Source: Candidatus Woesearchaeota archaeon (GTDB taxonomy: Archaea; Nanobdellota; Nanobdellia; Woesearchaeales; 21-14-0-10-32-9). From it: 64,000 nucleotides of DNA. Below, piece after piece: positions 59,265 to 64,000 of the stretch; position 1 is the stretch's first letter, and each line of letters starts with the position of its first letter. The stretch is taken from positions 2,008 to 66,007 of the forward strand of contig JAIPET010000004.1 in NCBI GenBank assembly GCA_021736975.1, in the 5' to 3' direction. Under the pieces are notes generated by a model, which worked only from the letters and a program-made list of their open reading frames with translations, did no database searches and was not told the DNA's origin. The translations under genes and the position numbers were made by a program.

Positions 59265-61247
59265 ATGACCTTAAAAACAGAGAAAATTTCAGAAATAACC
59301 AAATTCAAAGAATTCAAACTTGACAGATTTCAAATAGAAGCAATTCAATCAATTGAGAAAAATAATTCTGTAGTTGTTTCTGCTGCAACCGGAACAGGAA
59401 AAACACTAATAGCAGACTACATCATAGACAAATGCCTAAAAGAAAAACAAAAAGTCATCTATACAGCACCAATAAAAGCACTATCTAATCAAAAATATAG
59501 AGATTTTAAAAAACAATACGGAGAAGAAAACGTAGGAATACTAACAGGAGACATAACAATAAACCCAGAAGCGCCAATAAAAATAATGACAACAGAAATA
59601 TACAGAAATATGCTATTAGCAAACGACCCAGAAACAGAAGAATTACCCTACGTAATATTTGATGAAATACACTTTTTAGGAGACATCGAGCGAGGAACAG
59701 TATGGGAAGAATCAATAATATTTAGCCACGAAAACACAAGATTCCTATGCTTATCAGCAACAATACCAAATGCAAGACAATTCGCAAACTGGATACAACA
59801 CATAAAAAAACACAATGTAGATGTCGTGACAGAAAAAAAGCGAGCAGTTCCCTTAAAACACATGTTCTTTGATGATGAAAAAGGATTTGCAACACTCCAA
59901 GACATAGAAGAATGGAAAAAACTAGACAAATACCCAAAATACAATAAAGCATTCAATAATAAAAAAAGATACTTAGACGACTTAAGAAAAAGAAAAAAGA
60001 AAGGATACTTAGAACTACTTCATGACCTAGAAAAAGACAACCAATTACCATGCATATACTTTTGTTTTTCAAGACAACTAACACAAAAAAAAGCAGAACT
60101 CCTAAAAACTAAAAAAAATTATTTGAACGCACAAGAAACAAGTAAAGTAGGACAAATAATAAGAGACACAATGAATACTGCTGATGAAGCAGTAAAACGA
60201 CTAGAAACAACAAAAATATTAAGAGAATGCCTAAAAAACGGAATAGGATTTCACCACGCAGGAATATTACCAACACTAAAAGAATTAGTAGAAGAACTAT
60301 TCGCACAAGGATTAATAAAAGTATTATTTGCAACAGAAACATTCGCTGTAGGAATAAACATGCCTGCAAAAACAGTATGCTTTGATTCTCTTGAAAAATT
60401 CGACGGAATACAATTTAGATACTTAAATTCAAAAGAATACTTTCAACTAGCAGGACGAGCAGGACGAAGAGGAATAGACAAAGAAGGATTTGCAATAAGT
60501 GTCATAGATAGACAATTCATGGACATAAAAAAAGTAGCAAACATAACTGAATCAGATTCAGAACCACTACTAAGTCAATTTAGATTAAGTTTTAACACAG
60601 TACTAAACATGGTACACTCACACAGCGAAGAAGAAATAGCAATTATACTACAATCATCACTATTTAGCTACCAAGAAACAGGAAGACAAAGCAGCCAAAG
60701 AGTAGTAAATAGCTTTAACAAAAAGAAAAAAAAACTATACCAATTAGGCTACATAATAAAAGGATTAAATGGAGATGAACTATCAGAAAAAGGACTCTTT
60801 GCAATGAGAATATATACTATGGAACTATTAACAACAGAAATATTTTGTTCATCACTAACACCGAACTTAACAAACATAGAAATTCTCCTAATAGTAGGAA
60901 GAATAATGTATGAAGAAAGAAAAAATATCAAATTCAAAGGAAGAGATAAATCCGTATCAAACAGAATATACAAAAAAATGTTGAATTACAATTATCCACT
61001 ACAATTTTTCAGAGAAAATCCTTTATTCACACTAGAACCATTCTTAAAAGAATGGTTTGAAGGATGCAAATTCGAAGAACTAATGAACCTAACAACAATG
61101 CCCGAAGGAGACATAGTAAGATTCATAAGACAAATCCTAGACATGCTACAACAAATACAACATGCAACACTAAACAAAGAATTAAAAGATAAAGTTGTAG
61201 AAATACAAAAAACAATAGATAGAGATGTAATAGCAATAAGATTCTAA
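59265..61247 (+). CDS. Ski2/Hel308-like superfamily-2 helicase (DEIH box)
   Basis: AATGTGKT, DEIHFLGD, LSATIPNARQFANWI, HHAG, QLAGRAGRRG. Confidence 0.75.
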   Translation: MTLKTEKISEITKFKEFKLDRFQIEAIQSIEKNNSVVVSAATGTGKTLIADYIIDKCLKEKQKVIYTAPIKALSNQKYRDFKKQYGEENVGILTGDITINPEAPIKIMTTEIYRNMLLANDPETEELPYVIFDEIHFLGDIERGTVWEESIIFSHENTRFLCLSATIPNARQFANWIQHIKKHNVDVVTEKKRAVPLKHMFFDDEKGFATLQDIEEWKKLDKYPKYNKAFNNKKRYLDDLRKRKKKGYLELLHDLEKDNQLPCIYFCFSRQLTQKKAELLKTKKNYLNAQETSKVGQIIRDTMNTADEAVKRLETTKILRECLKNGIGFHHAGILPTLKELVEELFAQGLIKVLFATETFAVGINMPAKTVCFDSLEKFDGIQFRYLNSKEYFQLAGRAGRRGIDKEGFAISVIDRQFMDIKKVANITESDSEPLLSQFRLSFNTVLNMVHSHSEEEIAIILQSSLFSYQETGRQSSQRVVNSFNKKKKKLYQLGYIIKGLNGDELSEKGLFAMRIYTMELLTTEIFCSSLTPNLTNIEILLIVGRIMYEERKNIKFKGRDKSVSNRIYKKMLNYNYPLQFFRENPLFTLEPFLKEWFEGCKFEELMNLTTMPEGDIVRFIRQILDMLQQIQHATLNKELKDKVVEIQKTIDRDVIAIRF

Positions 61248-61300
61248 AATCTTCACTTTTGAATAGCAATATTTAAAAAAGATCATTAAAATACACATTT

Positions 61301-61951
61301 ATGTTACTAGGAAATAAAGCACAACAAATAAAAGAATATTTATCAAATTATCCAGAAGAATTAAAAGACAAAAGACAAAAAAAATTAGAACAACTTCTAT
61401 TAATATTTAAACAATATCAATTTGAATTTTTAAAAAATAATTACAACATACCAGGAATGCCAGAAAATGAAACACATATGTACTTATGGCTTAACTTAAT
61501 ACCAGATTTAAACAACAAAATAAATTTAATAGAAACTATAAAACAAAAAAATCCTAAAATAAAAAAAACAATAAAAATTTTAGAAGACACATATATTTTA
61601 ATGAAATATACAACTAGAAAATATATTAAAACAACAAAAGAATATTCAAAAATAAAATCAGTAAAAATACGTCAAAACATACTAGATTTAACCCCTTTTA
61701 ATAATTATAATGAATCAGATAAAACAATATCATTACACCACATAATAACAAAAGAAAATGAAATAAACAAAAATGAAGAAAAAACAGAATTTTACTATCT
61801 GAAAAATAACAAACAAACAACAATAACTCTAGAAAAACCAATAAACATAAAAGATAATAAAGATTCAGCAATAATACTGATAAATGAACTAAATAACTTA
61901 GTAAAAAAAGAAATAGGACTATTTTACAAATTTGATAAAATAAATATTTAA
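61301..61951 (+). CDS. hypothetical protein
   Basis: 216 aa. No recognisable motif. Confidence 0.4.
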   Translation: MLLGNKAQQIKEYLSNYPEELKDKRQKKLEQLLLIFKQYQFEFLKNNYNIPGMPENETHMYLWLNLIPDLNNKINLIETIKQKNPKIKKTIKILEDTYILMKYTTRKYIKTTKEYSKIKSVKIRQNILDLTPFNNYNESDKTISLHHIITKENEINKNEEKTEFYYLKNNKQTTITLEKPINIKDNKDSAIILINELNNLVKKEIGLFYKFDKINI

Positions 61952-61988
61952 AAAAAATTATTTTAAAAAATCAGTAATTTTTCTTAAT

Positions 61989-62283
61989 CAATAATGAAAA
62001 TACCTGCTCCGAGTCTGCTCATAAATAATATTTTCTGGCACACAAAAACCAAAAGTTTTTTCGTGTATCTTAACCATAAATGCAAAGACAAAAAATAAAT
62101 CAAAGATTTATTGTGCACTAAAAAAAAATATTTTTTTACGTGAAGCGCAGCTTTCTGCATGGCAGAAACATAAAGCGTTTCTGAGCAGCACGGAGTACGA
62201 CAAAATCAAAGATTTTGTGTACAATAAATGCAAAGAATTTATTCGTATTAAACCCCATTCGCTAGCGCGCAATAAAAATAATC
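61989..62283 (+). repeat. Family-2 GC-rich structured element, copy B (candidate ncRNA or 5' leader)
   Basis: Shares the 5' block CAATAATGAAAATACCTGCTCCGAGTCT and 3' block GTATTAAACCCCATTCGCTAGCGCGCAATAA with 33424-33623. Internal ACGGAGTACGAC and CAGAAAC-ATAAAGC-GTTTCTG hairpin. Confidence 0.5.
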
Positions 62284-62346
62284 TAAATTTAACAAGAAAA
62301 TCTAAAAAGAAAAGATATTTAAAAATAATAAATAAAAAACAATATA

Positions 62347-63795
62347 ATGGTAGAAATTGAATTTGATAAAATAAAACAAATAATAAAAACAACACAAGAC
62401 TACATAGAAAACCAATCAAAAAAGAAAAAAGAACAAACAGAAAAATTGCAAAAAAACAAAAAATATGACTACGAAGAACTATACAAAGCAACTAACAACC
62501 ACCACTTATTCTCTGAACACACAGTGAAAGTAATCAACAAACTAAAAGAAAAAATTCAAAAACAACCCCCAAACAAAGAACTAGACGAACAAATAAACAT
62601 ACTAGAAACAATAAAAACAAGAATAGAAATAATAAACAAAATACTAAAACAACAAGTAAACTCAATAGAACAAAAAAACATAGAAGAATACCTAGATCTA
62701 TACGAACAAGAAAAAATAATAGATCAAGGAACAATAAACAACTACGAACCAAAACTAAAAAAATACAATATAAAAATCCCAAAAATACTACTAAACACAA
62801 CAGTAATAATACTAATGCTATTAGGATCAATATCTGAAATGAAAGGAGGAGAACTAACAAGAAAAATAATACCCAAAAAAAATCCAGAAATAATAAAAGT
62901 AATGGAAAATTACAAAAAAAATCTAAAATCAAAAATAATTCTTAAGGGAACCGAGCATTTACCTAATACAACTGAATTTTCACTAGACAAAATAAAAGAA
63001 GCAATAGAAGAAGCAATAGCATTCACAATATATAACTATGGAAAAACAAAACAACCAGAACAAATAGTGATAAAACTGATGCCAGGATGGAATCTACACA
63101 CATTAGGACAATTTACAGGACATTTAAACACTCAAACCATGGAAATAGAAGTAAACCTATCAGAAACATATACATCTTACAAAGCATACCATATATTCAT
63201 AGCGAAAACACTTGGAACAATAATACACGAAACAACACACTACCTAGATTTTTTTAACAATCCAGATAACCTAGAAATAGATCTTAACATAGAAAAATGG
63301 AAAAAAGGAATTTCATTGCCAAACGAATACAAAAAAGTTATTCAAACCCTACAAGCATACAACAATATACTAATAGAAACAGAACTAAAAGCTCACAAAA
63401 TACAAACAGATTATTTAATTCTACTAAAAAAAGAATTTCCACAGTTTGAGCATGTACATGAAACAAAAGAAGGCGGAATGGAAAAAGGAATATTTTTCAT
63501 AAAAGACATCATACAAGAAAAAAAATCAAAACTAGCAATAATAAAACAAGGAGAATACTCTGGACAAAAACAATTCATACAAAATGCAAAAGAAAAAATA
63601 GCAGGTCAAATGATAAACAAACAAATATCAATAAACCCATTATTTAAAGATAAAAAAGTAAATATAGAAGAAATAAGTAAATATTTACAAATAGAACTAG
63701 AACTCGCAAAAAAAGGAGTTTCTATAATGAGAGAAGAAAACATTTTGCAAATAGAAATAAATAAAACAAATAATTCTATATTTATATTCAAATAA
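62347..63795 (+). CDS. hypothetical membrane protein with HExxH (HETTH) zinc-metallopeptidase-like motif
   Basis: 482 aa, central TM ILLNTTVIILMLLGSI, LGTIIHETTHYLDFF. Confidence 0.45.
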   Translation: MVEIEFDKIKQIIKTTQDYIENQSKKKKEQTEKLQKNKKYDYEELYKATNNHHLFSEHTVKVINKLKEKIQKQPPNKELDEQINILETIKTRIEIINKILKQQVNSIEQKNIEEYLDLYEQEKIIDQGTINNYEPKLKKYNIKIPKILLNTTVIILMLLGSISEMKGGELTRKIIPKKNPEIIKVMENYKKNLKSKIILKGTEHLPNTTEFSLDKIKEAIEEAIAFTIYNYGKTKQPEQIVIKLMPGWNLHTLGQFTGHLNTQTMEIEVNLSETYTSYKAYHIFIAKTLGTIIHETTHYLDFFNNPDNLEIDLNIEKWKKGISLPNEYKKVIQTLQAYNNILIETELKAHKIQTDYLILLKKEFPQFEHVHETKEGGMEKGIFFIKDIIQEKKSKLAIIKQGEYSGQKQFIQNAKEKIAGQMINKQISINPLFKDKKVNIEEISKYLQIELELAKKGVSIMREENILQIEINKTNNSIFIFK

Positions 63796-63918
63796 AAACA
63801 AAGTATAACTTATACAAAATCACAAAAATCAAAGAAAAAAATTAATCAAAAAACCAGATAATATCCTCTTCTGCAACAACGCTAAAATCAAAGATTCACT
63901 AATTGCAAAATCAAATAT

Positions 63919-64000
63919 CTAAATAATATCCTCTTCTGCAACAACAAGGAAATCACCCATTGCAATAACTGCAGAAAATGGAATTAAAGCATCTCCTTCC
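63919..64000 (-). CDS. 3' end of a minus-strand gene continuing beyond the window (unknown product)
   Basis: Reverse frame reads ...EGDALIPFSAVIAMGDFLVVAEEDII then stop (TAG complement at 63919-63921). Confidence 0.3.
   Translation of the reverse strand, partial: EGDALIPFSAVIAMGDFLVVAEEDII

Noticed and set aside
1-64000. CRISPR array, transposase/IS element, or integrase with att sites
   Set aside because: No array of regularly spaced short direct repeats and no cas or transposase catalytic motifs (DDE, HUH, serine recombinase) were found. The only recombinase-like sequence (51483-52229) lacks most catalytic residues.

Overview
The window is a very AT-rich, gene-dense segment whose coding strand is consistently A/purine-rich (runs of AAA/GAA codons). 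I read it as archaeal, most consistent with a small-genome DPANN-like lineage. The evidence is replication factor C small subunit, topoisomerase VI B+A, a RIO kinase next to a KH/Dim2-like gene, Pus7/TruD, a TrmB regulator, TATA-box promoters about 25-30 nt upstream of starts, and a tRNA gene without an encoded CCA. I can support roughly 60 CDS. They include a partial dcd-like gene, truD, corA, a CNNM/CorC transporter, rpe, a transketolase split into N- and C-terminal genes with NUDIX and isochorismatase-family genes between the halves, and uvrA-(small ORF)-uvrC-uvrB-glucokinase. They also include transaldolase, archaeal-type GlyRS, a DEAD-box helicase with a long RGG/Gly-Ser tail, RIO kinase plus KH protein, top6B-top6A, a SAM methyltransferase, GNAT, rfcS, a Ski2/Hel308-like helicase and one tRNA-Phe(GAA). 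Accessory content includes three toxin-antitoxin-like pairs (two RelE/ParE-type, one MNT/HEPN) and a 705-aa eukaryotic-like protein-kinase-fold protein flanked by AbrB/SpoVT-type small regulators. There is also a cell-surface island holding a Cys-rich duplicated-module protein, three tandem paralogous lipoprotein-like genes and an 1805-aa Asn/Thr-rich giant protein with an internal domain duplication. That giant gene is preceded by an HTH protein whose C-terminus looks like a catalytically degenerate tyrosine recombinase. The most unusual signals are non-coding: three families of two-copy intergenic elements with conserved termini and variable cores. Family 1 (4300-4463, 25536-25658) is a long imperfect hairpin with one compensatory base-pair swap between copies and a TATA box correctly spaced upstream of copy 2. 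Family 2 (33424-33623, 61989-62283) is GC-rich with conserved 5' and 3' blocks and shared internal hairpins. Family 3 (4464-4600, 47243-47410) shares a near-identical ~35-mer. None matches an RNA class I can name from sequence alone. I found no CRISPR array, rRNA, reverse transcriptase or transposase/integrase catalytic gene. Most minus-strand F/L-rich ORFs overlapping plus-strand genes are antisense artefacts of the A-rich coding strand.
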